A stretch of 42,829 nucleotides of DNA from an uncultured Ectothiorhodospiraceae bacterium (GTDB lineage Bacteria > Pseudomonadota > Gammaproteobacteria > Steroidobacterales > XN24): the NCBI GenBank assembly GCA_964582505.1, contig CAZOSZ010000001.1, positions 1 to 42,829 of the forward strand. The letters run 5' to 3'. A program made the position numbers and the translations under genes. Positions within the stretch are counted from its first letter, which is position 1, and each line of letters starts with the position of its first letter. Below, in pieces: positions 1 to 9,950 of the stretch. A model generated the notes under the pieces. That model saw only the letters and a program-made list of their open reading frames with translations, was not told the origin of the DNA and searched no databases.

Positions 1-1248
1 CAGGGCTCGCGGCGCGCAGCGAGCGGCTCGCTGCGCGATCGCTCCGGCGCCGCGCTGGGCGGCGGCAACAGATTGCGTCGCGGGCTGGTGGCCGGAGAGA
101 TCGCGCTATCCTTCGTGCTGCTGGTCGGGGCCGGGCTGATGGTGCGCAGCTTCGTCGAGCTGCATCGCACCGAGCTGGGTTTCGACTCGCAGGGCGTGCT
201 GACTTTCCAGGTCAACCTGCCTTTCCAGCAGTACCCGGAGTTCGAGCAGCGCCGGCAGTTCTACTACGCTTTCCAGGAGCGGCTGGAGGCACTGCCCGGG
301 GTGTCGAGCGCGGCGGCGGCCGCGCCGCTGCCGCTCACCGGCCAGCCCTTCCACGGCCGCTACGCCACCGAACAGCCCACCGGCGAGGACATGGCCTACC
401 GGCAGGCGAACTACCGCGTGGTCCTGCCCGGCTACTTCGAGGTGATGCGTACCTCGCTGCTGGCCGGCCGCGAGCTGACGCGCGACGACGAGATCAACGA
501 ACGACGCGTGGCCGTGGTCGACGATGTGCTGGTGGCGGCCTCCTGGCCAGGCCAGGATCCGATCGGCAAGCAAGTCTGGGTCCGGCTGAACGATCCCGAG
601 CCGGTGCCTTTCGAGGTGGTCGGCGTGATCCGCCGCCAGCTGCAGGACAGCCTGCACGAGGCACCTCGCGAGAGTATCTATTTCACCGCCGGAGGCTCCG
701 GCCAGTTCGGCGTCAACGCCTGGGCGGTGCGCGCCGAGGGGGGGCACGAGGCGCTGCTGGCGCTGGTGCGGCGCGAGCTCGCAGCGCTCGATCCGGGCCT
801 GCCGCTGGCGCAGGCGCAGTCGATGCAGAGTTTTGTCACCGCGGCGATGGCCCGCACCCGTTTCGCCTTGCAGCTGATCGGCGCATTCGGCGTGGCAGCG
901 CTGTTGATCGCTGCGGTGGGATTGTATGCCGCGATCCACTTTCTGGTCAGTCAGCGTCGCGCGGAAATCGGCGTGCGCATGTCTTTTGGCGCGCGGCCCG
1001 TGGACATCTTCCGCCAGTTCCTGCGTCATGGCCTGGCGCTGGCGACGGTCGGAATCGTGCTCGGGCTGGCGGCAGCCCTGGTGCTGTCGCGCGCACTGGA
1101 CGCCCTGCTGGTGAACGTCGCGCCGACCGATCCGGCCACCTATGTGGCGATATCGGCCTGTTTCCTGGTGATTGCCCTGGCGGCCAGCTCGATTCCGGCA
1201 CTGCGCGCCGCGCGTGTCAATCCGATGACGGTGTTGCGCGATGAGTGA
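1..1248 (+). CDS. ABC transporter permease, MacB/FtsX duplicated (ADOP-type) #1, 5' end outside window
   Basis: Frame is open from base 1. Second-half permease motifs are present: LVAGEIALSFVLLVGAGLMVRSF, LGFD..GVLTF, PGYFEVM...LLAGR, GLYA...VSQRRAEIGVRMSFGA, and the tail PALRAARVNPMTVLRDE*. Confidence 0.93.
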   Translation, partial: QGSRRAASGSLRDRSGAALGGGNRLRRGLVAGEIALSFVLLVGAGLMVRSFVELHRTELGFDSQGVLTFQVNLPFQQYPEFEQRRQFYYAFQERLEALPGVSSAAAAAPLPLTGQPFHGRYATEQPTGEDMAYRQANYRVVLPGYFEVMRTSLLAGRELTRDDEINERRVAVVDDVLVAASWPGQDPIGKQVWVRLNDPEPVPFEVVGVIRRQLQDSLHEAPRESIYFTAGGSGQFGVNAWAVRAEGGHEALLALVRRELAALDPGLPLAQAQSMQSFVTAAMARTRFALQLIGAFGVAALLIAAVGLYAAIHFLVSQRRAEIGVRMSFGARPVDIFRQFLRHGLALATVGIVLGLAAALVLSRALDALLVNVAPTDPATYVAISACFLVIALAASSIPALRAARVNPMTVLRDE

Positions 1249-2489
1249 GTTCAGCATGTCGCTGTCACCCGGCGACTTCATCGATCTGCGGCGACAGGCG
1301 ACGCAATTCGAGGAGCTGGCTGCCGTCGCGACTTTTCGCCAGGTACTCTCCGGTGACGACGAGCAGCCCGTGCAGGTGACCGTGGCGGGGGTCACGACCA
1401 ACCTCCACGCGCTGGCGGTTGATCTTGAGGTTATCGGATTCGCGCTGTTGCTGTCCTTCCTGACTGCATGGATGTTTGGAATGTTGCCGGCCCTGCGTGC
1501 TGCGCGTCCGATGCCTGCGGCCGCCCTGCGGACCGGCACGCGGACCGCCGGGCGCCGTGGCAACGGGCTGAATCGTGGCGTCGCGGTCGCCGAGATTGCG
1601 CTTTGTTTCGTTCTGGTCGTTGGGTCGGTCCTGATTTTCAAGACCTTTTCGGAATTGCGGCGCGCGGATCTGGGTTACCAGCCCGCCGGTGTCCTGACCT
1701 TTACCGCCTTGTCGCGCGGTTTTGCTGAACAGCGCGCCGAAGTGATGCGCGTACTCAAGGAACAGCTCGCGGCGCTGCCCGGTGTCGAGGCGGTCGGCGC
1801 TGCGACGCCCATTCCACTCGATGGCTCGGTGATGAACATGCGCTGGGGCGTGCCTGCTGCGGCGGACGACCCGGAGTTGTTTCAGCAGGCAAATGTGCAT
1901 TTCGTTCTCCCCGGGTACTTCGACACCGTGCGTGCGCGCCTGCTGGCGGGGCGTGCGCACACCGAGTCCGACAATCGTGCCGACGCGCGGACCGTAGTGA
2001 TCGACGAGCTGCTCGCCAGAAAGGCATTCGGCTCCGCGGCGGCGGCGGTCGGTGAATTGCTGCTGTTTCGAACCGGTGAGACTCCGGAGTTGTTTCAGGT
2101 CGTTGGCGTCGTGGCGCACCAGCGCCATCAGGGTGTGGCGGCCGACGGCCGCGAGACCCTGTTCCTGACGCATGGCCAGGACAGGTACATGGCGCCGGCT
2201 CGCTGGCTGGTGCGCAGCTCCGCTGATCCGCTGGCGCTGGCGCTGATTGGCGCATTCACGGCGATTGCAGTGGTGCTGGCGATCATCGGTCTGTACGGAG
2301 TACTGACGGCCATGGTGCGGGAACGAACCGCTGAAGTCGGCGTCCGCATGGCATTCGGGGCCTCGCCGCTGCGCATCTTCAGACTGGTTGTCGGCGAGGG
2401 CCTGCTGCTCGGTGCAGTGGGAGTGACGGCCGGTGTCGGCGGCACGCGCGGCGAGCCTGCCCCCGGCCAGGGCGCTGCACGATGAGTGA
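1241..2489 (+). pseudogene. Degenerate ADOP-type permease #2 (internal deletions, frameshifted C-terminus)
   Basis: The 414-aa ORF 1241..2485 lacks the first TM segment. It jumps from VTTNL to ALAVDLEVIGFALL (~250 aa missing versus intact paralogs) and from SSADPLALA to LIGAF. The family tail ARAASLPPARALHDE* lies in another frame, ending TGA 2487-2489. Confidence 0.8.
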
Positions 2490-2544
2490 CGGTTCAGCAC
2501 CCTGCGCAGGGTCCCCGATGCCTGCGCCGAGGGAGGAATAGACG

Positions 2545-5040
2545 ATGGGCAATTTCAGGTTTGCTGTGCGACAGCTCATGCTGCGGCCCGCCCTCACGGC
2601 GATCATCGTGTTGACGCTGGCGCTGGGCATCGGTGCCAACGCGGCCATGTACTCGATGTTCCACCAGGTGTTATTGCAGCCGTTGCCGGTGCCCGAACCG
2701 GGCAGCCTGGTCAACCTCGGTTCGCCGGGGCCGAAGATGGGCACGGTATCCTGCAGCAACATCGGCAGTTGCGACTACGTGTTCAGCTACCCGATGCTGA
2801 ACGACTTGCAGCGCGAACAGACGGTGTTTACCGGCATTGCCGCGCATCGCGGCTTCGGCGCGAGCATCGTGGTCGACGGCCAGGCGGCGAACGGCCAGGG
2901 CCTGCTCGTGAACGGCGACTACTTCATGGTGCTGCAGTTGCAGCCCGCGCTGGGCCGGCTGATCGGCCGGCACGACGAGCCTCAGGTCGGTGAAGGCCAC
3001 GTCGCCGTGCTGAGCCACGATTACTGGCAGAACGACTTCGGCGGCGACCCGCAGGTGGTCGGTCGCAGCCTCGTGGTCAACGGCCAGACGCTGACCGTCA
3101 TCGGTGTCGCGCCGGAGGACTTCACCGGCACCACCTACGGGCAACGGCCACAAGTGTTCGTGCCTCTGACGCTGCGCTGGCTGATGGAGCCGTATTTCCC
3201 ACCCGGCGCCGAAAACCGCCAATCGTACTGGGTCTACCTGTTTGCGCGTCTCAAGCCCGGAGTCTCCGTGGAGCAGGCCGAGAGCGCCATCAACGTGCCG
3301 TACCGCGCGATCCTCAACGACGTCGAGGCACCGCTCAACAGTCGCATGTCGGAGCAACGCCTTGAGGAATTCAAGGCCAGGACGCTGTTGCTGGAACCGG
3401 GCGCACGCGGCCAGAGCGACGCGCCGGACCAGGCGCGCCTGCCGCTGACGATGTTGCTTGGCCTCACCATGCTGGTTCTGCTGATCGCCTGCGTTAACAT
3501 TGCCAACCTGTTGCTGGCGCGCGGTGCGGCGCGCGCCGGCGAGATGGCGATCCGTGCTTCGATCGGAGCAAGCCGCACGCAGATGGTCGCGCAGCTGCTG
3601 ACCGAGGCCGGGCTGCTCGGCGGCCTTGGCTGCATCGCCAGCCTGCCAGTGGCGGCGGCGACGCTCGGCCTGATCAGCAGCATCATGCCCGCCCAGGTGG
3701 CGGCCAATGCGGATCTCGCGCTCGGGCCACCCGCGATCCTGTTCGCGGTGGGGGTGTCGCTGTTCACCGTGCTGCTGTTCGGCCTGTTCCCGGCATTGCA
3801 GGCCACGCGGGTCAGGCCCGGTGCGGTGCTGAAAGGCCAGGCCGGGCAGTCTGGCGGTGGCGGCACGCATCGCTTCCGCGGTGCACTGGTGACTGCACAG
3901 ATCGCCTTCTCGATGGTGCTGCTGGTGCTCGCGGGGCTGTTTTCGCAGAGCCTGGCCAATCTCGGTCGCGCCGAGCTGGGCATGCGCATCGAGTCGGTCG
4001 TGACCTTCGGATTGACGCCTGTGCTGAACGGCTACACGGCCGAGCAGTCGGCGCAACTGTTCGAGCGCGTCGAGGAAGAGCTTGCGGCGCTGCCCGGCGT
4101 GGCCAGCGTTGCCTCTTCGATGGTGCCGGTGTTGTCCGGCAACAGCTGGGGTGGCAACGTCGCGGTGGAAGGCTTCGAGTTCACCCCGGACACCGACCGC
4201 CAGGCACGATTCAACGAGGTCGGCCCGGGATTCTTCCGCACCCTGCAGATCCCGCTGCTGGCAGGCCGCGACATCAACGAGACCGACAGGCTGGCCGGCC
4301 CGCGGGTGGCGGTGGTCAACGAGAGCTTTGCGCGCAAGTTCAACCTCGGCGGGCAGGCCGTCGGCAAACGCATGGCGACCGGGACGCCGGAGGAACTGGA
4401 CATCGAGATCGTCGGGCTGGTCCGCGACGCCAAGTACAACAACGTCAAGATCGAGGTGCCGCCCCAGTATTTCCTGGCGCAGCGCCAGAACGCCGGGCTC
4501 GGCTTCATGAGCTTCTACGTGCGCACGCAGCTCGACAGCGACGAGATTCTCGGCGCGATTCCGCGGGTGATCGCCACACTGGACCCGAACCTGCCGGTCG
4601 GTAACCTGGCGACCCTGCCGGAGGTGGTGCGCGACAGCGTGTTTCTCGATCGCATGATCGGCACTCTGTCGACCGGCTTCGCAATGCTGGCCACCTTGCT
4701 CGCCGCCACCGGTCTGTATGGCGTGCTCTCCTACTCGGTGGCGCAGCGTACCCGCGAGATCGGCCTGCGGCAGGCGCTCGGCGCCACGCCGACCGCACTG
4801 CGCGGCATGGTGCTCAGGCAGGTCGGGCTGATGGCGATCATCGGCGGCGTGATCGGCCTGGCACTCGCGGTACTGGTCGGTCGCGCGGCCGAAGCGATTC
4901 TTTTCGGCCTGGGCGGCTACGACCCAGTGGTACTGGGTTCCGCCGTGGTGGTGCTCGGCGCAGTGGTGCTCGGCGCCGGGTATCTGCCGGCGCGGCGCGC
5001 CTCGCGCATCCCGCCAATGGAGGCGCTGCGTTATGAATGA
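2545..5040 (+). CDS. ADOP-type ABC permease #3 (831 aa)
   Basis: SD GGAGG upstream. Motifs FRFAVRQL...LALGIGANAAM, LLIACVNIANLLLAR, GLYGVLSYSVAQRTREIGLRQALGA and tail ALRYE; two periplasmic+FtsX repeats. Confidence 0.95.
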   Translation: MGNFRFAVRQLMLRPALTAIIVLTLALGIGANAAMYSMFHQVLLQPLPVPEPGSLVNLGSPGPKMGTVSCSNIGSCDYVFSYPMLNDLQREQTVFTGIAAHRGFGASIVVDGQAANGQGLLVNGDYFMVLQLQPALGRLIGRHDEPQVGEGHVAVLSHDYWQNDFGGDPQVVGRSLVVNGQTLTVIGVAPEDFTGTTYGQRPQVFVPLTLRWLMEPYFPPGAENRQSYWVYLFARLKPGVSVEQAESAINVPYRAILNDVEAPLNSRMSEQRLEEFKARTLLLEPGARGQSDAPDQARLPLTMLLGLTMLVLLIACVNIANLLLARGAARAGEMAIRASIGASRTQMVAQLLTEAGLLGGLGCIASLPVAAATLGLISSIMPAQVAANADLALGPPAILFAVGVSLFTVLLFGLFPALQATRVRPGAVLKGQAGQSGGGGTHRFRGALVTAQIAFSMVLLVLAGLFSQSLANLGRAELGMRIESVVTFGLTPVLNGYTAEQSAQLFERVEEELAALPGVASVASSMVPVLSGNSWGGNVAVEGFEFTPDTDRQARFNEVGPGFFRTLQIPLLAGRDINETDRLAGPRVAVVNESFARKFNLGGQAVGKRMATGTPEELDIEIVGLVRDAKYNNVKIEVPPQYFLAQRQNAGLGFMSFYVRTQLDSDEILGAIPRVIATLDPNLPVGNLATLPEVVRDSVFLDRMIGTLSTGFAMLATLLAATGLYGVLSYSVAQRTREIGLRQALGATPTALRGMVLRQVGLMAIIGGVIGLALAVLVGRAAEAILFGLGGYDPVVLGSAVVVLGAVVLGAGYLPARRASRIPPMEALRYE

Positions 5041-7483
5041 CCTGAACTTCGCACTGCGCGGCCTGGCGCGCACGCCGCGACTGGCCGTGGCTGCGCTGCT
5101 TTGCGTCGCCATCGGCATCGCCGCGGTGGTTGCGATCATCACGCTCGTCAATGCCGCCTTGCTGCGCAGCCTCCCGTACCCCGAGGCCGACCGGCTGGTG
5201 CGGCTGTGGACCTCGGTGGCCGAGGCCAACCCGCGCTCCGGGATCTCGATTCCGGATTTCGAGGACATCCGGCGCGAGGCGCGCGGCTTCGAGCTGTTGG
5301 CTGCGACCGCCCGCGAGCGCTTCGTGTTTCTTGGCGATGAACGCGCCGAGCGGATGCGCGGCGAGGCCGTTTCCGCCGACTACTTCGCGATCACCGGCGT
5401 GCGGCCGCAGTCGGGACGCGCGTTCGTCGCCGAGGAACTGCCACGCACTGGCCCACGAGCCATGTTGATCAGCGAGCGGGTGCGACAAAGCTGGTTTGGC
5501 GGCGCGCCGGACGTGGTGGGCCGGACGCTGCGCGTCGATCCGGGCCGGCCGGGCGTGGAGGAACTCAGCTACACAGTGATCGGCGTGATGCCACCCGGAT
5601 TTGCCGGCACGGTCGAGGACGACGTGGTGGACTTCTGGATTCCCCTGTCGCAGTTCGGCAGCGACCAGATCCGGCAACGGCGCGACGCGCGCGTGCTCTG
5701 GGTACTGGGCCGGCTGCGCCCGGGGGTGGCGCTGGCCGACGCGCAGCAGGAACTCGCCGCGCTGACGCGCGGCCTGGCCGAACAGCATCCCGATGCCAAC
5801 ACCGGCGCCAGCGGCTGGCTGGAGCCGGCCGGCGAGAACTGGCGCGAGGGGCTGCGCAGTGGACTGTACACGCTACAGGGGGCGGCGCTGCTGCTGCTGT
5901 TGATCGCCTGCATCAATGTGGCCAACCTGTTGCTGGCCAGACTCGCCGAACGGAGCCGTGAGCTGGCGGTGCGACAGTCGTTGGGAGCGCCTCGCGGCCG
6001 GATCATGCGCCAGCTCCTGACCGAAAGCGTCGTGCTGGCGGCGGCCGGCGGAATGCTCGGCCTGCTGCTCTCGTGGTGGATCGTCCGCCTGTTCAGCCTG
6101 CAGGCGGCGGCGCACGCGCCGGCCTGGCTGGATATCTCGATGGATCTGCCGGTGGCCGTCGCGGCGCTCGCACTGATGCTGTCGACCGGCATCGCCTTCG
6201 GGGCCTTGCCGGCGCTGCGCGGTTCGCATGTCGACCTGTCGCAGTCCTTGCGCGACGGCGGGCGGGGGGCCATTTCAGGGCGCGGCGGAACTGCTACGGG
6301 CGCCGCGCTAGTGGTCGTGCAGATTGCGCTGACCGCCATGCTGCTGGTCGGCGCCGGGTTGCTGGTGCGCAGCCACCAGGCGCTGGCCAACGCCGAGCTT
6401 GGCTATCGCACGGACAACATCCTGCGGCTCGCGGTCAGCGTCAATACCAGCGATTACGGTGACCCGGACGCTTTGCGCCGCTTCTACGGCGAGCTGCTGG
6501 GGCAACTCGAGTCGACCCCGGGCGTGGCCGGGGCCGGCCTGATCTATCCGACCGTGCCACCGTGGAGCGGCTTCCGGCCGCAGGTGGAGTACCGCCAGGC
6601 CGCGGATGGCGAGGCCAGGTCATTGCAGGTCCACGGCCACGCGATCGAGCCTGGCTACTTCACGACCATGAACATGGCCCTGCTGCGCGGGCGCATGTTC
6701 TCCGCGGCCGACGGGCCGGAGGCGCCGCCGGTGGCCATCGTCAGCCAGTCATTTGCCGAGCTGATCGCGGCAGGGGGCAATGCGCTGGACCGGACATTCC
6801 GGCTGGCGGATACCGAGTTCAGGATCATCGGCATCGCCGCGGATGTGCAGTTTGACAGCCCTGTCTCGCCGACCGCGTCTCAGTGGCGCACCGAGCGCAG
6901 CCCGGACCACGACGTCTACGTCTCGCTGCACCAGCGGCCGCAGAACCTGGTGTCCATCGCGGTGCACACCGAAGTGCCGCCCGCGACGCTGATTGACACG
7001 CTCACGCAGCGGATCAATGCCCTGGCACCGCGCTCGCCGGTGCACTGGGTGACCACCATGGAAGAGTCGCTCGCCGAGCGCTATGGCGAGACGCGTTTCT
7101 ACATGACGCTGCTGGCGGGATTCGCGGTCGCGGCGCTGCTGCTGGCTGCGACCGGGCTGTATGCGCTTCTCGCGCAGCGGGTGGCGCGGCGCACCGCGGA
7201 GATCGGCTTGCGCATGGCGCTCGGTGCGCGGCCGCGTGATGTGCTGGTGCAGGTCGCTCGCCGCGGCCTGGCATTGGCCGTGCTCGGCCTGGGGCTCGGG
7301 GCCGCGTTGGCCCTTGCCTCGGGCGGACTGATCGGAGGGCTGCTACACGGCGTGTCGCCCCGCGACGCGACGGTGTTCGGCGGCGTGACAGTGTTCCTGG
7401 CCGCGGTTGCACTGTTGGCGGTATGGGGGCCGGCGCGGCGCGCGGCGCGGATCGACCCGATGCGGGCGCTGCGGGAGGAGTGA
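5033..7483 (+). CDS. ADOP-type ABC permease #4 (816 aa)
   Basis: Overlaps the previous gene by 8 nt. Motifs DLNFALRGL, LPYPEADRLV, LLIACINVANLLLAR, EIGLRMALGA, RAARIDPMRALREE. Confidence 0.95.
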   Translation: MNDLNFALRGLARTPRLAVAALLCVAIGIAAVVAIITLVNAALLRSLPYPEADRLVRLWTSVAEANPRSGISIPDFEDIRREARGFELLAATARERFVFLGDERAERMRGEAVSADYFAITGVRPQSGRAFVAEELPRTGPRAMLISERVRQSWFGGAPDVVGRTLRVDPGRPGVEELSYTVIGVMPPGFAGTVEDDVVDFWIPLSQFGSDQIRQRRDARVLWVLGRLRPGVALADAQQELAALTRGLAEQHPDANTGASGWLEPAGENWREGLRSGLYTLQGAALLLLLIACINVANLLLARLAERSRELAVRQSLGAPRGRIMRQLLTESVVLAAAGGMLGLLLSWWIVRLFSLQAAAHAPAWLDISMDLPVAVAALALMLSTGIAFGALPALRGSHVDLSQSLRDGGRGAISGRGGTATGAALVVVQIALTAMLLVGAGLLVRSHQALANAELGYRTDNILRLAVSVNTSDYGDPDALRRFYGELLGQLESTPGVAGAGLIYPTVPPWSGFRPQVEYRQAADGEARSLQVHGHAIEPGYFTTMNMALLRGRMFSAADGPEAPPVAIVSQSFAELIAAGGNALDRTFRLADTEFRIIGIAADVQFDSPVSPTASQWRTERSPDHDVYVSLHQRPQNLVSIAVHTEVPPATLIDTLTQRINALAPRSPVHWVTTMEESLAERYGETRFYMTLLAGFAVAALLLAATGLYALLAQRVARRTAEIGLRMALGARPRDVLVQVARRGLALAVLGLGLGAALALASGGLIGGLLHGVSPRDATVFGGVTVFLAAVALLAVWGPARRAARIDPMRALREE

Positions 7484-7484
7484 G

Positions 7485-9938
7485 ATGAAAGCACTCGGGC
7501 AGGAACTGCGTTTCGCTGCCAGGACGTTGATCAACAATCCCGGCTTCACGCTGGTGATCATCGCCACATTGGCCCTTGGCATCGGCGCGAACACCGCGCT
7601 CTTCAGCGTGTTCCACGCCGTTGCCCTCAAGCCTTTGCCGTACCAGGAGCCGGAGCGGCTGGTAGCCCTCTGGGAAAGCGTCCCGGCGCAACAGGTGACG
7701 CACAACGTCGTCAGCAGCGGAAATTACCTTGACTGGCGCGACCGCAACGAGATTTTCGAGGCCATGGGCGCTTACTCCGGCACGTATCCTGTCGCGCTGT
7801 CGGGCGCAGACCGCCCGGAACAGATCGCGGCAGTCACCGCGACACCTTCGATGTTTCATGTGCTCGGCGTCCAGCCGGCGCTCGGCGCGTCGATCCCGCC
7901 GGGAAACGCGGAGGAGTTCGGCGACGACTGGACGCTGATCAGCCACGAATTATGGCGATCGTCGTTCGGCGCAGATCCGGCGGTGATTGGCAGGTCGGTT
8001 CGCGTTGATGACAGACTGGTCACGATCGCCGGCGTGATGCCGGCCGGGTTTCAATTTCCGGGCCGGGACGTTCAGATCTGGCTCCCGCGCCTGTTCGATG
8101 AACGCGACCGGGCGTCTCGCAAAGGCCGGCAGTGGAAGGTCATCGCGCGGCTCGCACCAGGCCTTAGCCTGGTCCAGGCCCGCGAACACATGCTGATGCT
8201 GGCGGACGTCATCCGCGACGAGCACCCTGCAGAAATGGACGGTTGGAGCGTGCAGGTAAATCCCCTGCATGGCGATTTCGTCGACGGCTATACAACCATG
8301 ATCACCGCAGGCGGCGGCAACGCCGCCATGCTCAGGCTCGTGATGGTCGTCGTCGGCGTGATTCTGCTGATTGCCTGTGCCAACGTCGCTGGCCTGATGC
8401 TGTCCCGTACCGCGGGGAGGCGCCACGAACTGGCGACCCGGCAAGCGCTCGGAGCGAGCAAGCGGCGGTTGATGGCCGGCGTATTCACAGAATGCCTGCT
8501 CTATGCCATGGCCGGAACGACGGCGGGTGTCCTGCTCGCCCATTGGGGGCTCAATGCGCTGATCGCGCTTGGGCCGGCGGACGTGCCACGTCTCCACGAA
8601 GCGTCGATCAGCGGTGAGGTGCTGGCCTTTGGCGCGTTTGTGACGATCGTCACGGTCGTGCTGGTGGGACTGTTGCCGGCCTTGACGGCATCCGGGCAGA
8701 ACCCGGCTGCTGCTCTGGCGAGTGGTTCGAGGGTGGGCGGTGGGCGCAGCTTGCACTGGCAGCGCGTGCTGGTCGTAACCGAGGTCGCGCTCGCCTGCGT
8801 GCTGACCGCCGGAGCAGGCCTGTTGACGCACAGCCTCGTGCGCCTACTTCAAGTTGACACCGGATTTGAGCCTGCGGGCGTGCAATTGATCGGTGTGCCG
8901 CTTCCGCAGCAACGGTATCCGGACTCCGATCGGCAAACACGCTTCCATGAACTGGTGATCGAGGAACTCGGCGCGCTACCCGGCACCGCGGCAGTCGCGG
9001 GAACCGCAGAGCCTCCGGTTGTCGGTCACCAGATGACTTTCGGCTTCGTCGTCGAGGGCCGGCGACTCGATGGGCCAAACGAGTTCGAGGAGTCGCAACC
9101 GGTGCGCGCGGTCACGAGGGATTATTTTCGGGTGCTCCGCGTCCCCCAGATCAGCGGGCGGGGCTTTGCCGCAGAAGACCGGGCCGGATCGCCTGCGGTC
9201 GCGGTGGTCAATCAGAGCTTCGCTCAAAGGCACTGGCCCAGTGAGAGCGCACTGGGCAAGCGCATCAGCCTGGACGGCCACGCCGGGCCGTGGATTGAAG
9301 TCGTGGGTGTCGTGGGCGATATGCGGCACAACGCCCTCGATCGGCCCGAGCCTCCCGTGATCTACCTGCCCTACGCGCAGAAGCCCTGGTGGTGGATGTC
9401 ATGGATGACGTACGTGATTCGTGCGAAGCCCGGTATCGCGATTCCTGCAGAATCGATTCGCGACGCCATCTGGCGGGTGGACCCGCAGATCGCCGTTGGC
9501 GCTGCGCAAAGTCTCGAGTCGCTCCATGCTGGGTCCAGCGCCCGGCGCAGGTTCACCACTGCGCTGCTTGGAGCCTTCGGAGCGCTGGCGCTCGCCTTGA
9601 GCCTGATCGGAATTTACGGCGTGCTCGCCCACGGCGTCGTGCGTCGCCACGGCGAGTTTGGGCTGCGAATGGCAGTCGGTGCAAATCGCACTGCGATCTT
9701 CAGACTCGTGATGTCCAATGGAATGAAACTGGTCGTCGCGGGGCTGGCCGTTGGCTTCGTACTGGCGCTGGGCTTCGCCCAGGCCATCTCGAGCCAGCTC
9801 TTCGGCGTCGCGACGCTCGACCCCCTGACCTTCACTCTGATGCCGGTGGCGATGGTCAGCCTGGCGCTTCTGGCCTGTCTGTTGCCGGCCGCGCGAGCAG
9901 CGCGGATCGACCCGATGCAGGCGCTGCGTGATGAGTGA
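7485..9938 (+). CDS. ADOP-type ABC permease #5
   Basis: Start moved to ATG 7485 (MKALGQELRFAARTL), 6 nt after GGAGG. Motifs ALGIGANTALFSV, LLIACANVAGLML, EFGLRMAVGA, RIDPMQALRDE. Confidence 0.94.
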   Translation: MKALGQELRFAARTLINNPGFTLVIIATLALGIGANTALFSVFHAVALKPLPYQEPERLVALWESVPAQQVTHNVVSSGNYLDWRDRNEIFEAMGAYSGTYPVALSGADRPEQIAAVTATPSMFHVLGVQPALGASIPPGNAEEFGDDWTLISHELWRSSFGADPAVIGRSVRVDDRLVTIAGVMPAGFQFPGRDVQIWLPRLFDERDRASRKGRQWKVIARLAPGLSLVQAREHMLMLADVIRDEHPAEMDGWSVQVNPLHGDFVDGYTTMITAGGGNAAMLRLVMVVVGVILLIACANVAGLMLSRTAGRRHELATRQALGASKRRLMAGVFTECLLYAMAGTTAGVLLAHWGLNALIALGPADVPRLHEASISGEVLAFGAFVTIVTVVLVGLLPALTASGQNPAAALASGSRVGGGRSLHWQRVLVVTEVALACVLTAGAGLLTHSLVRLLQVDTGFEPAGVQLIGVPLPQQRYPDSDRQTRFHELVIEELGALPGTAAVAGTAEPPVVGHQMTFGFVVEGRRLDGPNEFEESQPVRAVTRDYFRVLRVPQISGRGFAAEDRAGSPAVAVVNQSFAQRHWPSESALGKRISLDGHAGPWIEVVGVVGDMRHNALDRPEPPVIYLPYAQKPWWWMSWMTYVIRAKPGIAIPAESIRDAIWRVDPQIAVGAAQSLESLHAGSSARRRFTTALLGAFGALALALSLIGIYGVLAHGVVRRHGEFGLRMAVGANRTAIFRLVMSNGMKLVVAGLAVGFVLALGFAQAISSQLFGVATLDPLTFTLMPVAMVSLALLACLLPAARAARIDPMQALRDE

Positions 9939-9950
9939 GGAACTCGTCTG

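Noticed and set aside
7407-7484. Upstream extensions given by the ORF track (7407, 16451, 21264, 22238, 26956, 29037, 31424, 36637, 36746)
   Set aside because: They overlap neighbouring genes or REPs or run into intergenic DNA. Downstream starts fit the family N-termini and, in most cases, an SD or stop/start overlap.
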